Shown here piece by piece: positions 1 through 10,313 of a DNA stretch of 64,000 nt. Below the pieces are notes generated by a model. It was not told the DNA's origin. It worked only from the letters and a program-made list of their open reading frames with translations, and ran no database searches. The number at the start of each line of letters is the position of its first letter. Positions within the stretch are counted from its first letter, which is position 1. The position numbers and the translations under genes are program-made. The DNA is from Sedimentisphaerales bacterium. Lineage in GTDB: Bacteria; Planctomycetota; Phycisphaerae; Sedimentisphaerales; SM23-30. The stretch is from contig CAXXMR010000012.1 in the NCBI GenBank assembly GCA_963663805.2, forward strand, positions 64,001 through 128,000. The letters run 5' to 3'.

Positions 1-153
1 AAGGGCAAACTGCTTAACAGCTATCTGCTGCGGCTGGACTGGGGTGCGGACGAGGTTCCCAAGGGGAATTATATTTTGGCGGTAAGGTTACGATATAAGC
101 AGGGACAGGAAAACCGGGTTTTGGTTGCGGAGATACCTTTCGGCGATAACTGA
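1..153 (+). CDS. 3' end of a hypothetical protein (partial)
   Basis: Open frame from base 1 (KGKLLNSYLLRLDW...EIPFGDN) to TGA at 151-153, just upstream of the secretin gene. Confidence 0.6.
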   Translation, partial: KGKLLNSYLLRLDWGADEVPKGNYILAVRLRYKQGQENRVLVAEIPFGDN

Positions 154-204
154 CGATTGCCGGAAAAGTTTTAATAAATCGGTTCAGACAGAAATGGAGA
201 TTTA

Positions 205-2472
205 ATGGTTATGGAACAGGCAAGCCGGATTTCAAAAAAAACTGTATTCTTTATGTTGCTGGTGATTTGTATGTTGGCTTTGCCGATTGCCGCTCAGGAA
301 AATCCCGAGCCTAAGCCCGCTGCGGAAAATCCCAAAGATGTGGTGACGGCAAGCTGGTTTTTTCAGGACGGCGAACCTAAGCAGCTTATGCAGGTTCTCA
401 CCGAAACTTATCATGTGCAGTTTGAGGGTGTTGACCTGCTGACCGAACCGATAACTCTGATTACGGAAGAAAAAAAGAAGGTTGATTTGGACGGGGTTTT
501 GGCCCTGCTTAATAACGTACTCAAGGAACGCAACGTTATTGCCCGGCGTGAAGGTGATATTGTGCGGATTATCCCGCGGGTGGATACCGATGTGCAATGG
601 TTTGACATTAAGTATACTGATGTGAAGAGTCTGGTTAAGTGGCTGTCGGATATTTATCTGCCTCTGCCCGGTGACCGTCCCGAAGATGCCGCCCGTAAGG
701 CCAAACTGATAAAAGCGCACCCAACTAAATCTCGCATTATGGTTTCCGGACCCAAAGATGTTGTGGCGGAAATCAAGTTTCTTATCGAAGAACAGCTGGA
801 CCAGCCCGAATCTAAATCTGAAAAAGCTCTGCCGGCGGGTCCGCCTATGATTCGTCGATATATCACTTTGGAATTTATGGACGCTGAGGAGTTTATGCTG
901 CTGCTGGGGACTAATGACCAGCTTGAAGGACGTTTTACCGCGGCGCTGGCCCCCAGTAAATATGGGTCGGTCAACACCTTGATTATCGCCAGTGCCGAAG
1001 AGGAAGTTTTTGGTCTTATCGCGGAAATGAAAAAGGCGTTCGATGTTGACCGTCAGGAACTGCGTTATATTCGCCTGAGTAATGCCGATGCCAAAGACGT
1101 GGCGGATTTGCTCTCAAAAGTATATCCCAAAGAAGCACCGGCGTTGCCGGAAGAGTTGGTCCGGGCTCGTCGTTCTCGCGGGGGCCGGGATACGACCGAA
1201 ACCGAAACACCTGTTTCTGATGTCGCCCTGGAAGCCTTTACCCGTGCCGGCGTAACTGAAACCAGTCTGCGTCAGATTCTCAGTCGTTCGCTGTCGATTG
1301 TGGCGGTGGGTGAAGTTACCATTGTGCCCGATGTTACGCGTAACGCCCTGATGATTTATACGCATAGTCGCAACTTTCCCAAGATTCTGGAACTCATCGA
1401 ACTGCTCGACCAGGAACAGAAACAGGTTTATATTGATGTGTTTATTACGCAGGTTTCACTTGATAACGCTGTTGAGCTAGGTGTTGATTTTACGCGTACG
1501 GGTCAGGAAGATTACATGGGCACCGATTTTGATTTTACTCTCAACCAGAATGTCGGGGCCGGAATTGCCGGCGGCATTGGCGGTTTGAGTTACGAGTTAA
1601 TCAGCAGTAATATCCAGACATTCATCCATGCCCTGCAAACTTCCGGCAATCTGGACATTGTCAGTCGGCCGGGTATGGTGGCGACCAACAACAAACAGGC
1701 TGTGATTTCTCTGGGCCGGGATGTGCCTATCATTAAGGATACCAAAGTAAGTACCGAAGGTGCCATCAGCAGTACGGTTGCCTATACCGAGGTTGCGACC
1801 AAGCTGGAGGTAACGCCGCAAATTCACGCTGATGGTTATGTTTCGCTGGTGATTGTACAAACGGTTGATGATGTCAGTACCGAGACGTTCCAAATTTCCA
1901 AGGATTTTAATCCGCAGGTGATTATCAAACGCAAGGCCCAGACGGAACTGCGAATCAAGGACGGCCAGACTGTGTGCCTGGGTGGTTTTATTATGGATAA
2001 AATCGTAGTAAATGAAAACGGTATTCCGCTGCTGATGGATATTCCTCTACTGGGAAATATTTTTAAGTTTACCGACCGGCAGCGTGAAAAAAGCGAAATG
2101 ATAATTTTTATCACGCCGCATATTCTCAGTAAGCCCCAGGACATGCTCAGAATGACCAATCAGCAGCGGCGGGAGAGCAATTCCGGCGGTATCGGCAAAC
2201 GTGAATGGGATTTTCTGGAGGAACGTGATGAGCTGGAGTATCCGCGTTTCCAGGAACCGCTGCCGGAAGTGTCTAAGGAATTACTGCCGCTCAAGGAAGT
2301 GGTTGAAGGGGTAGAGTCTGTCGAACCGCTCCAGACTGAGCCGGAAGCAAAACCTGAACCTAAACCCGAAACTAAAGCTCCTGCCAAGGAAAAACCTAAA
2401 CCCGCACCCAAGGCTAAAGCTGAAGCAAAACCAGCACCAAAAGCAGAGGCCAAACCTGCCGACGAGAAATAG
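205..2472 (+). CDS. gspD: Secretin (GspD/PulD-like type II secretion outer-membrane channel)
   Basis: Signal peptide; repeated N-domains; secretin domain (QVYIDVFITQV, LEVTPQI, IKDGQTVCLGG, GIPLLMDIPLLGNIFK, IIFITPHI); P/K/A/E-rich tail. Confidence 0.85.
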   Translation: MVMEQASRISKKTVFFMLLVICMLALPIAAQENPEPKPAAENPKDVVTASWFFQDGEPKQLMQVLTETYHVQFEGVDLLTEPITLITEEKKKVDLDGVLALLNNVLKERNVIARREGDIVRIIPRVDTDVQWFDIKYTDVKSLVKWLSDIYLPLPGDRPEDAARKAKLIKAHPTKSRIMVSGPKDVVAEIKFLIEEQLDQPESKSEKALPAGPPMIRRYITLEFMDAEEFMLLLGTNDQLEGRFTAALAPSKYGSVNTLIIASAEEEVFGLIAEMKKAFDVDRQELRYIRLSNADAKDVADLLSKVYPKEAPALPEELVRARRSRGGRDTTETETPVSDVALEAFTRAGVTETSLRQILSRSLSIVAVGEVTIVPDVTRNALMIYTHSRNFPKILELIELLDQEQKQVYIDVFITQVSLDNAVELGVDFTRTGQEDYMGTDFDFTLNQNVGAGIAGGIGGLSYELISSNIQTFIHALQTSGNLDIVSRPGMVATNNKQAVISLGRDVPIIKDTKVSTEGAISSTVAYTEVATKLEVTPQIHADGYVSLVIVQTVDDVSTETFQISKDFNPQVIIKRKAQTELRIKDGQTVCLGGFIMDKIVVNENGIPLLMDIPLLGNIFKFTDRQREKSEMIIFITPHILSKPQDMLRMTNQQRRESNSGGIGKREWDFLEERDELEYPRFQEPLPEVSKELLPLKEVVEGVESVEPLQTEPEAKPEPKPETKAPAKEKPKPAPKAKAEAKPAPKAEAKPADEK

Positions 2473-2480
2473 GTTTCTGG

Positions 2481-5400
2481 TTAGTGTGTTTTGTCAAGAC
2501 CGTGCCTGCCGCTGTCCAGCCCCGGCAGGACCACGGTTTGGACTTTGGGGTCTTTATATGAGCCGCTGATTTGGACGTGCATCAGAGCGGGTGTCAGTAC
2601 CGATTCATAGAAACTGGTTACAAAAGGCAAACTGGGTAGCTGCTGCGGTTTGCGGGCGGCCAGGATAATGTTAATGTCTTGTCCCACACCTTGCATGGAG
2701 CCGGAACCTTGCAGGCTCAGGGCGTCGCCGTTCAGCCGGATATTTTCGAACCAGGTTGTTTTGTCTGCGATGCTGGCTGATACCGCCATGTCGCGGAACA
2801 CCCCTGAACTGGGCAATGAGAAATTAAGCACTTGCAGCACCTGGGCCAGTATGGGCAAATCACCCAGTACGGTATCGGTTACCCGCAGCATTGCCCGCCC
2901 CCGCTGCGGAGTGTTCGGGTCGGGTTTACAAAGGCTGATACTGCTGTCGAATTTTCCGGTAATTGTCGGGCCCTTATTGATTTTTTGGGGGTCGGTTACG
3001 ATTAACTGGAGCAGTTCGCCTTGTCTGACCGCCAGGTTGAGGTCATATTGACGCTCTTGTTGGGAAGTGCTGCTGGTGAACCTCCCGGCCAGTTGGCCGT
3101 CGCAGAATACGCCTTTTATCTCATTTAATTGAAGCAGATTATTTTTGCCATCAACTTTAATCCGGGCAGTCAAATTTGAAAGCGGCCGCCCCTGCCCCAT
3201 CATATCGGTTGACTCTAAATTGCCTTCAAAGTTGAATTGTTTTGTGGTCGGGTCATAAGTGCCTTCTCCGGTAATCCCGCCGGTAACCATCTCGCCGTTG
3301 ATTCTCTTATCGAAGGACACATTGTGAAAGTCGATTCTTCCTTCGGCCTGCCAGGAATTATTGGTGTCCGGTTGACTTTTGATATTTAAGTCGGTAGCGA
3401 TAGTGCCGGTGAAATTATATTCACGACAGCGTCGACCAAGTTTGCCCGGCAGGGCCTGCTGCTGCTCAGTGGTGATTTCCAGAGCCCGGCTGATGAGTTT
3501 GAGGTTTGCTTCCGGGCTATTTTTATTTTGCTTTAGTGTGCCCGACAATTCAATATGTGTCGGTTCTTTGCCTGCCGTAAGCGGCTCAAATTTGAATTCG
3601 CCTGGCCGGGCTGTCATCTGGCCGTTGATATTCTCCAACCTGCTGCCCCCAAACAGCGGGGTAGCCGAACAGTTCAGCGGTTCAATTCGGGCCAGATAAT
3701 CCATCTTTTCGTGGTCCGGGCCGCATTGCAAATCAAGTTCGATTTTGGCCGCACCTTCCGGCTGATATTGCTGCCAGTATTTTTCCGCTTTCTCGCCCAA
3801 CGCCCCGCGCAGGTCGTTGTCAAGTTCCAGCATGGCAATGATGTTAATTTTATAATCCTGCCGCGAACGTGCCTGCCCGCTAAGCGTAATCACGCTCTGG
3901 TTGTGACTGCCCTCAAATGATTTGATGTTCAATTGTTGATTGTCCAGTTCAAGATTCGCGGACAGGTGCGTGAGCTTATAGGGAAAATCAGCGTATTCCA
4001 GCAGGCCGTTCCGTATTTGCATTTGCAGCTGATAATCGAGTTGACGTTTATTTTCGGTTTCATCGTTCGGCAGGCTTTTAAGATGCGCTCTGCCGTCAGC
4101 AATAGCCCGCAATTCCAGTTTGTCCTTAATTTCCGATGTGGTCTGGCAGAGATAATCGACCAGCTCGTCCTGCAGATAGAAATTTGCAAATTCGATGTCT
4201 AGTTCGAAGGGCGGGTTGGGTTGCCGCGGCTGTTCCAGGCGACCTTGCAGCCTGATTCGCCCCCGCTGTTGGTCGGCGAGCTGTTCAATATCGAACATAG
4301 CCAGTTCCGGCGTTGCTTTGACCTTGCCCTGAGCGTTTTTTAAATCGATTGGGAATTCATCATTCTTAACGCTCAGGCTTTTCAACTCAAATTCCGCTTC
4401 GATATGTTTTTGCCGTTGTTCGTCTCTACTTACATGATATACAACATCAAAAACTCCCTGCGGGTCAAATTTATCCCAGGTTTCCTGGTCGTTTTCCGAT
4501 AAAGCGTTCCGCAAATCATTATCAAAAGAAATGTTTTTAGCTGTAACAGTTGTCCGGAAAGGGCTGGAAGGCTCAATGTCGCTGGAAACCCCTTCAATAT
4601 GATAAGTTCTCTCGCCGTCGTGACCGGTGAAAGGCCCAATAGTATTGCCGTCCGGCGAAACCACTATCTTGCCCCGCAAATGCCGCAGCGGATAAGCGAA
4701 CTGCCAGAAGCTCACTGTTGTGTCATGCGACTCAATAATCAATTCCTGATGGCCGGGCACGTTTTCGCCTTCTTTTTTGCTCAAACTGAGTACCATATCC
4801 GCCCGTCCGGTGGGTTTATATTGCGTAATCAGCCTTTGCACAGCATAAGGCAGCAGGCGATACATCTGGGCCATGCCCGGCGTGTCCGCGGGAGCTTCCG
4901 ACGGCTCTTGTGTGCCCGAAGGAATAAACGACCAGGACTCGTCTGGAATCAGCAGATTTTCCGTGCGGGCTCTAAGCTCGAATGCCGCGTCAGGTTTATA
5001 GCCATAAATAGTGCCGTCCAGATGGAACGTGCAGAAATTTTCATAATGCCCCGAAAGGTTTACCAACTGAATATTTTCATTGGTAAGATGAAGGTCCGCG
5101 TCCACTCCTGACAGTGGAATATTCGCGTTCGGTACCGGCAGACGCAAGGCCGCGTCGCGCAGTTGCAGCTTCAGGTCGATACCTGCCCGGCGGTTATATT
5201 CCGCTTGCAAAAACAAACTGCCCGTCGGCTCGGCTTCGGTGTACATCTTGCCGGCTTCTTCCAACTGGCTGGGCAGGTTGGCCATACTGATAAGTTCCAG
5301 ACGGACCTGACCCTGGACCTGCAGATGACGCGAAACCAAATCGAAAGTGCCCTTGATGTCGGTTTTGCGTAATATCCCCTGGTCGCTGCTGATAAGTTCA

Positions 5401-6029
5401 AAGCCCAGGATATGATTTTGCGTTGCCTCCCGGAAAATCCGTCCCGAAAATTCCTGTTCACCGCTGTGGTTCACTTTATCGCCCATAATATCGGTGTAAC
5501 TTATGCGGCTGTTTCTCAGGAACACTGTCGGCAGGGAAGCACCGGGTGCGTGTTTTTGCGGCGGCTGGAGCAATTGCAGGTTGGCAAGTTTGCGGTCGTG
5601 ATCATACCAGATATTCAGCTTACCCTGCGAGACCACAATCGAGTCAAGCTGTAACTGCCGCGTGATAATACTCAGGGGCTTGTGCAGCAGCAGTACGTCG
5701 TCAGCGGCCAGAACCAGATTCTGGTCATTGTGTCTGGAGTTGGGCAGATATACGCGCAGGCCCCGGATGCGTACATGATGCAGAATGTCCAGCGATGCTT
5801 GTTCCAGCTCGACATCACCACCCGAAAAATTCTCCAGAGCCCGCAAAGCGTGATTGCGGATACGCTTGTCGTCAGTGAAATAATTCCAGCCCAGAAAAAC
5901 GCTTAGCAGCAGCAGTAAAACAAACCCTCCCAGAATCCGTCGGCGTAACCTTTGGCGTGGGGAATACCCGTGCGAGCGTCGGGTTCGCAGTTGGGCCGCG
6001 AGTTTTTTTAACCATCCATGGTTCGCCAT
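2481..6029 (-). CDS. Large AsmA-like/YhdP-type envelope protein
   Basis: N-terminal TM anchor, long beta-rich body, AsmA_2-like C-terminus (LSLQGSG...QISGSYKDPKV); ATG at 6029 lies just after the ispG stop. Confidence 0.7.
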   Translation of the reverse strand: MANHGWLKKLAAQLRTRRSHGYSPRQRLRRRILGGFVLLLLLSVFLGWNYFTDDKRIRNHALRALENFSGGDVELEQASLDILHHVRIRGLRVYLPNSRHNDQNLVLAADDVLLLHKPLSIITRQLQLDSIVVSQGKLNIWYDHDRKLANLQLLQPPQKHAPGASLPTVFLRNSRISYTDIMGDKVNHSGEQEFSGRIFREATQNHILGFELISSDQGILRKTDIKGTFDLVSRHLQVQGQVRLELISMANLPSQLEEAGKMYTEAEPTGSLFLQAEYNRRAGIDLKLQLRDAALRLPVPNANIPLSGVDADLHLTNENIQLVNLSGHYENFCTFHLDGTIYGYKPDAAFELRARTENLLIPDESWSFIPSGTQEPSEAPADTPGMAQMYRLLPYAVQRLITQYKPTGRADMVLSLSKKEGENVPGHQELIIESHDTTVSFWQFAYPLRHLRGKIVVSPDGNTIGPFTGHDGERTYHIEGVSSDIEPSSPFRTTVTAKNISFDNDLRNALSENDQETWDKFDPQGVFDVVYHVSRDEQRQKHIEAEFELKSLSVKNDEFPIDLKNAQGKVKATPELAMFDIEQLADQQRGRIRLQGRLEQPRQPNPPFELDIEFANFYLQDELVDYLCQTTSEIKDKLELRAIADGRAHLKSLPNDETENKRQLDYQLQMQIRNGLLEYADFPYKLTHLSANLELDNQQLNIKSFEGSHNQSVITLSGQARSRQDYKINIIAMLELDNDLRGALGEKAEKYWQQYQPEGAAKIELDLQCGPDHEKMDYLARIEPLNCSATPLFGGSRLENINGQMTARPGEFKFEPLTAGKEPTHIELSGTLKQNKNSPEANLKLISRALEITTEQQQALPGKLGRRCREYNFTGTIATDLNIKSQPDTNNSWQAEGRIDFHNVSFDKRINGEMVTGGITGEGTYDPTTKQFNFEGNLESTDMMGQGRPLSNLTARIKVDGKNNLLQLNEIKGVFCDGQLAGRFTSSTSQQERQYDLNLAVRQGELLQLIVTDPQKINKGPTITGKFDSSISLCKPDPNTPQRGRAMLRVTDTVLGDLPILAQVLQVLNFSLPSSGVFRDMAVSASIADKTTWFENIRLNGDALSLQGSGSMQGVGQDINIILAARKPQQLPSLPFVTSFYESVLTPALMHVQISGSYKDPKVQTVVLPGLDSGRHGLDKTH

Positions 6030-6030
6030 T

Positions 6031-7134
6031 TTATTTTTCGGTATCCGCTGCCAGTTTGATATGCCTGAGCAAGGTTTCCACCGCCTCCGAAGCAGGCACG
6101 GTAGCGACTTTTTCACCGTGGGCGTAAATTATCGCTCGGTCCCTGCCGCCGCACAACGCGAAATCCGCGCCGTCGGCTTCGCCCGGACCGTTCACCACAC
6201 AGCCCATTACCGCCACACTAAATGGTTTATGAATATCTTGCAGGGCGATTTTGACACTTTGGACCATTGCCGGCAAATCAATTTCCGTTCTGCCGCAGGT
6301 CGGACAGGCGATGAGTTCCGGCCCCTGTCGTTCCCGCAGTTTCAGGGTGTATAAAATTTCCCAGGCTACATCGATTTCCGCTTCCGGCTCGCCCACCAGC
6401 GAAACTCGTATGGTGTCGCCGATTCCTTCTGCTAATAGTGTCCCCAACGCCGCTGCCGACCTGATAGAACCGGTCTGGACATCACCAGCATGGGTCACGC
6501 CCAGATGCAGCGGATAATCAAACCGCTCACTCAAAGCCCGGTTGACCTCGATGGTACGAGCGGCGTCATGGCACTTGGCTGACAAAACCAGCCGGTCAAA
6601 ATTCCGCTGCTCAAAAATGCTCACATAGTCAGCCATTTTCGCGACCATAAGCTCCACTAAATCCTGCTGAAGTTCTTGCTGGTACTTTTCTCGGTCGCGG
6701 CGTTCTACGATACTGCCCTCATTTACCCCCACCCGAATCGCCGTGTCGTTTGCCGCACAAGCGTCGATTACCTTATTAACCTGTTGGCGGTCGGAGATAT
6801 TGCCCGGATTGAGCCGAATTTTGTGTACGCCCGCTTCGATGGCCTCCAACGCACGGGCATAGTGGAAATGTACATCGGCTACCACCGGAACCTTGACATT
6901 ACGTAAGATCTCCGGCAAAGCCGCCGTATCTTTGGCGGTCGGTACGGCCACACGCACGATTTCACAGCCGCGACTGACCATCCGCTCGATTTGCTCAAGG
7001 CACGCCTGGACATCCCAGGTATGGCAGTTGGTCATACTCTGGACCCGCACCGGGTTATTGCCGCCCAGGGTCAGCTCACCCACCGCAGTCGTTCGGGTTG
7101 TACGTCTGGAATATTTCGATTCGCAATTTTTCAT
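6031..7134 (-). CDS. ispG: (E)-4-hydroxy-3-methylbut-2-enyl-diphosphate synthase
   Basis: PVRVQSMTN, KIRLNPGNI, GIGDTIRVSL, CPTCGRT, VAVMGCVVNGPGEA. Confidence 0.97.
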   Translation of the reverse strand: MKNCESKYSRRTTRTTAVGELTLGGNNPVRVQSMTNCHTWDVQACLEQIERMVSRGCEIVRVAVPTAKDTAALPEILRNVKVPVVADVHFHYARALEAIEAGVHKIRLNPGNISDRQQVNKVIDACAANDTAIRVGVNEGSIVERRDREKYQQELQQDLVELMVAKMADYVSIFEQRNFDRLVLSAKCHDAARTIEVNRALSERFDYPLHLGVTHAGDVQTGSIRSAAALGTLLAEGIGDTIRVSLVGEPEAEIDVAWEILYTLKLRERQGPELIACPTCGRTEIDLPAMVQSVKIALQDIHKPFSVAVMGCVVNGPGEADGADFALCGGRDRAIIYAHGEKVATVPASEAVETLLRHIKLAADTEK

Positions 7135-7207
7135 CTGCCACCTTATTATGTAGTTAGTTATTATAATAAGTTATTAGGTTTTAACCGGCAACCGGAACTT
7201 TCAGCAG

Positions 7208-8203
7208 ATGCGTATATTTGAGTCAATTACAGATTATACCGCTCAGGCAGGCCCTGCGGTAATCACGATAGGAAATTTCGACGGGGTTCATGTGGGGCAT
7301 CAGTCGATAATGGCCCGTGCCCGCGAGTTGGCTGATGCGGAGTCATTGCCCCTGCTGGGGGTTACCTTTAACCCGTCGGCGGTAAAAATCCTGCGTCCTG
7401 AACTGGTATCGCACATTTTAACGCCTCGCCCACTGAAAATCCGGCTTTTGGCCCAACAGGGACTGGACAGCCTGTTAATAATTACGCCCGACAGCGATTT
7501 TCTGAGGCTTTCCCCGGAACAGTTTGTCCGGGAGATACTTATCGACAAACTAAGGGTCCACCATATCGTCGAAGGACAGACCTTCAATTTCGGCAGACAT
7601 CGCAAGGGGACCATGCTCACCCTCCAGGAATTTGGGGGCAAAATGGGTTTCCAGGCCCATATGGTGTCCGCTCGCAAGATTGAACTGCCCGATGTCGGCT
7701 CGGTCGCAGTCAGCAGCACCCTGACCAGACAGCAGGTGCGGGCCGGCCGAATGCTCAACACCCGTTCATGCCTCGGACGCAGCTATACCTTGCTCGGTAA
7801 GGTCGTGCCCGGCCGCCATATAGGGCGTGAGATTGGTTTTCCTACCGCCAATCTTGCATTGGACGAACTCGACCAGCTGGTGCCCGATGACGGGGTTTAT
7901 GCCGGTTATGCCCGACTGGGTGATTCTCTGGAGCAGGCCTGGGATAGTCCTCACAGGTTGTCGGCGGCGATAAGTATCGGCCATTGCGAGACTTTTGACA
8001 ATGGCAGGTGGCAAATCGAGACATTTTTGCTGGATTATGATGGGCCGACCGATTCGCTTTACGACAAAAATATCCTGCTATCAATAGAGCAGAGAATTCG
8101 GCCTCAGCAAAAGTTTGAAAACGCCCAGGAACTCTCAGCCGAAATCAGCAACGATTGTCAGCGGGTTCGGGAAATTATAGCGAAAAATGGAGTTGACCTT
8201 TGA
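7208..8203 (+). CDS. ribF: Bifunctional riboflavin kinase/FAD synthetase
   Basis: IGNFDGVHVGH, VSSTLTR, GREIGFPTANL. Confidence 0.95.
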   Translation: MRIFESITDYTAQAGPAVITIGNFDGVHVGHQSIMARARELADAESLPLLGVTFNPSAVKILRPELVSHILTPRPLKIRLLAQQGLDSLLIITPDSDFLRLSPEQFVREILIDKLRVHHIVEGQTFNFGRHRKGTMLTLQEFGGKMGFQAHMVSARKIELPDVGSVAVSSTLTRQQVRAGRMLNTRSCLGRSYTLLGKVVPGRHIGREIGFPTANLALDELDQLVPDDGVYAGYARLGDSLEQAWDSPHRLSAAISIGHCETFDNGRWQIETFLLDYDGPTDSLYDKNILLSIEQRIRPQQKFENAQELSAEISNDCQRVREIIAKNGVDL

Positions 8204-9198
8204 TGGATTATAATGCCGCTATCGAAAAAATACGCTCAGCCCGGAATATTCTGCTGACCACCCATACCCGCCCCGACGGTGACGCTATCGGCTCGCTGGT
8301 AGGTCTAAGGACCGCCTTGCTCGCTGGTACCGGATGTGACAATGTCCAGATTCTGCTGCTCAGCAAGGTCGCCGACAACTACCGTTTTCTGTTGGATGGT
8401 AACGAATGGATATGGTCGGTTAATTTCGACGAAGCTGCTCTTGCCGCCGGTAAACTGGATGCGTTTGATTTGGTCATTGTCTGTGATACCCGTGCCGCCA
8501 AACAGTTGCCCGGCATTGCCGATTACCTGCGCTCCCGCAACGAAAGTGTTGTCGCTATCGACCATCATGTAAGTGGCGATGATATAGGTAGTTGTCAGAT
8601 TGTCGAAACTCAGGCCTGTGCCGCCGGGGAGATTGTTTATAAATTTATTTGTGCCGCCGGCTGGCCTCTGAACGAAAAATCCGCCGCGGCCCTTTATGTC
8701 GCGATTTGTACTGATACCGGCTGGTTCCGGTTCGAGAACACCACCAGTGCCGCTATGCGTGCCGCCGGTGAGCTTATCGATGCAGGCGCTCGGCCTGATA
8801 CGCTCTACGAAAAACTCTTCCTCGATTTCCCGCCCGAACGGCTCAAACTCGTAAGCCGGGCCCTGGATAGTCTGGAATTGCATTGCGATAACCGCTTAGC
8901 TATTATGCGCATAACCAACCGCGACCTCGCCGAGACCGGTGCCCATCGTACCCTCATCGAGAATATCGTAAATACTTGCCAGGAAATAGGTTCTTTGCAA
9001 GTTTGGGTGTTGCTGGTCGAACAGAAGGATGGCCATACCAGATGCAGTTTCCGCAGCCGCGGCGGAGTGGATGTAAACGTGATTGCCAACCAGTTCCACG
9101 GTGGAGGCCACGCCCGTGCCGCTGGTGCCACCATAGAACTGCCCCCCGAACAAGCTGCAAAAAAAATCCGCGAGACTATTGAATCTGCCTTATGTTGA
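8200..9198 (+). CDS. nrnA: DHH/DHHA1 phosphoesterase (NrnA-like oligoribonuclease/PAP phosphatase)
   Basis: HTRPDGDAIGS, IDHH, DTGWF, SFRS, GGGHARAAG. Confidence 0.9.
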   Translation: MMDYNAAIEKIRSARNILLTTHTRPDGDAIGSLVGLRTALLAGTGCDNVQILLLSKVADNYRFLLDGNEWIWSVNFDEAALAAGKLDAFDLVIVCDTRAAKQLPGIADYLRSRNESVVAIDHHVSGDDIGSCQIVETQACAAGEIVYKFICAAGWPLNEKSAAALYVAICTDTGWFRFENTTSAAMRAAGELIDAGARPDTLYEKLFLDFPPERLKLVSRALDSLELHCDNRLAIMRITNRDLAETGAHRTLIENIVNTCQEIGSLQVWVLLVEQKDGHTRCSFRSRGGVDVNVIANQFHGGGHARAAGATIELPPEQAAKKIRETIESALC

Positions 9199-9511
9199 CT
9201 GTAAGAGGGTGGTTCTGAAAAACAGGTTCTTCCCTGAAAATCTGCAGCCAGAGGCGTATCGCACTGGTAGATTGCCGCGGCGGTGCCCGCCTTTGGCAGA
9301 AGTTATATTATCATGTCGCTGGTGTTTTATGCTGTTGCTGGTTATTTGTTTTTGGGGTCAATAGCGATTCAGTTGTTATTGAAATACGATCAAGTGAAAT
9401 TTCACTTGAGGAAGTCGGTGTGGGTGACTTAGGTGGGTGATGTGGGTATGTTATGAGTGAACGGTATCGCCTCTTACAAATGAAATCTTGCGCAAAATGG
9501 CCACAATTTAC

Positions 9512-9544
9512 CAGAGCCGCGTACGTAAGTAAGCGGTGCCGTTA
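9512..9544 (+). repeat. REP-like 33-bp imperfect palindrome, copy 1
   Basis: CAGAGCCGCGTACGTAAGTAAGCGGTGCCGTTA; 31/33 identical to the reverse complement of 25812-25844. Confidence 0.8.
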
Positions 9545-9785
9545 AAATCCGCGAAACCCGCGTAATCCTATGAACCGGAGCCGTGTCAACCGTTATATCA
9601 CAACATTTTTTCATCTTTTTTTCGCATAAACTTCTCGCATACCAGCGGCGTTAGCAGTCGCCGGGCCATCATGGCGGCGTCAGCCGGGGGGAAACCGGCG
9701 GGCCGGAAGCCCGAGCCGCGGTTTCACCGTCCCCCAACCAAAACCGCGAGGTGGTGGGGCCGGTCATCTGTCACCAAACAGCAGG

Positions 9786-9950
9786 CTGACGGGAGCAAAC
9801 GGGTCACAACGGCCCAAACTCCTATTCGTGCTCACCCAAAAGCGGCACATCAAACTTTATACGGCCCAAAGCTCCCATTCTCCGCGGCGTGATCCCGACA
9901 AAAAGCCGACTCACATTACGCAGACCGAGATCCTTTGGTTATCCCGTCAG
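9786..9950 (-). ncRNA. Putative IS1111-type bridge RNA/seekRNA
   Basis: 9-bp closing stem CTGACGGGA/TCCCGTCAG; two internal loops carry GCGTAAT+CCGCGGA (match the insertion-site flanks) and GTTTGAT+ATAGGA (ATAGGA matches the element's right end). Confidence 0.7.
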
Positions 9951-9966
9951 ACCTAAAACCATATCG

Positions 9967-10313
9967 CTAAGCCGCTTCCTCCAGAATTTTTTTCACCAAA
10001 GTCTCATTAAACATCTCGCCATTAATCAGCATTGCTCGCATTATACACAACAATTTACGCCCCAGAGCCACAATAGCGACGTTTTTGCGAGATTCATGCC
10101 CATTCTTCTTTATCCGCTCATAAAACGCCCGCAAAGCCGGACATCCACAAACGATTAGCCCCGCTCCACCAACTGCCCTTGAACTCCGCCCCGACGATAA
10201 CCGCGCGCCTCCAAAGTCGCCCGAATCCGATTCTTCAGAAGCACCACCTTGTCAACCGTCTTCTTGCGATGCAAAATCAACTCCCGCCACTGCCGAACTT
10301 CTTTCGAGGGCAT
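9967..10313 (-). pseudogene. IS110 transposase remnant lacking the DEDD domain and the catalytic-Ser region
   Basis: Coiled-coil fragment with a frameshift (...GSWWSGANRLWM) fused directly to the C-terminal helices. Confidence 0.75.

Larger units (their letters stand above)
9567..10313 (-). mobile_element. Deleted IS110-family (IS1111-type) element
   Basis: Transposase fragments MPSKEVRQWRELILHR...KNRIRATL and CPALRAFYERIKK...KNVAIVALGRKLLCIMRAML* (stop 9967-9969); ~400-nt 3' non-coding end; TTGACA (minus, 9589-9584) just inside the right end. Confidence 0.8.

Noticed and set aside
2330..2470. Repetitive DNA at the secretin 3' end
   Set aside because: It encodes a low-complexity P/K/A/E tail and is not an independent repeat element
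6031..7134. ispG as part of the terpene cluster
   Set aside because: It lies ~30 kb away in a housekeeping context; no evidence of linkage
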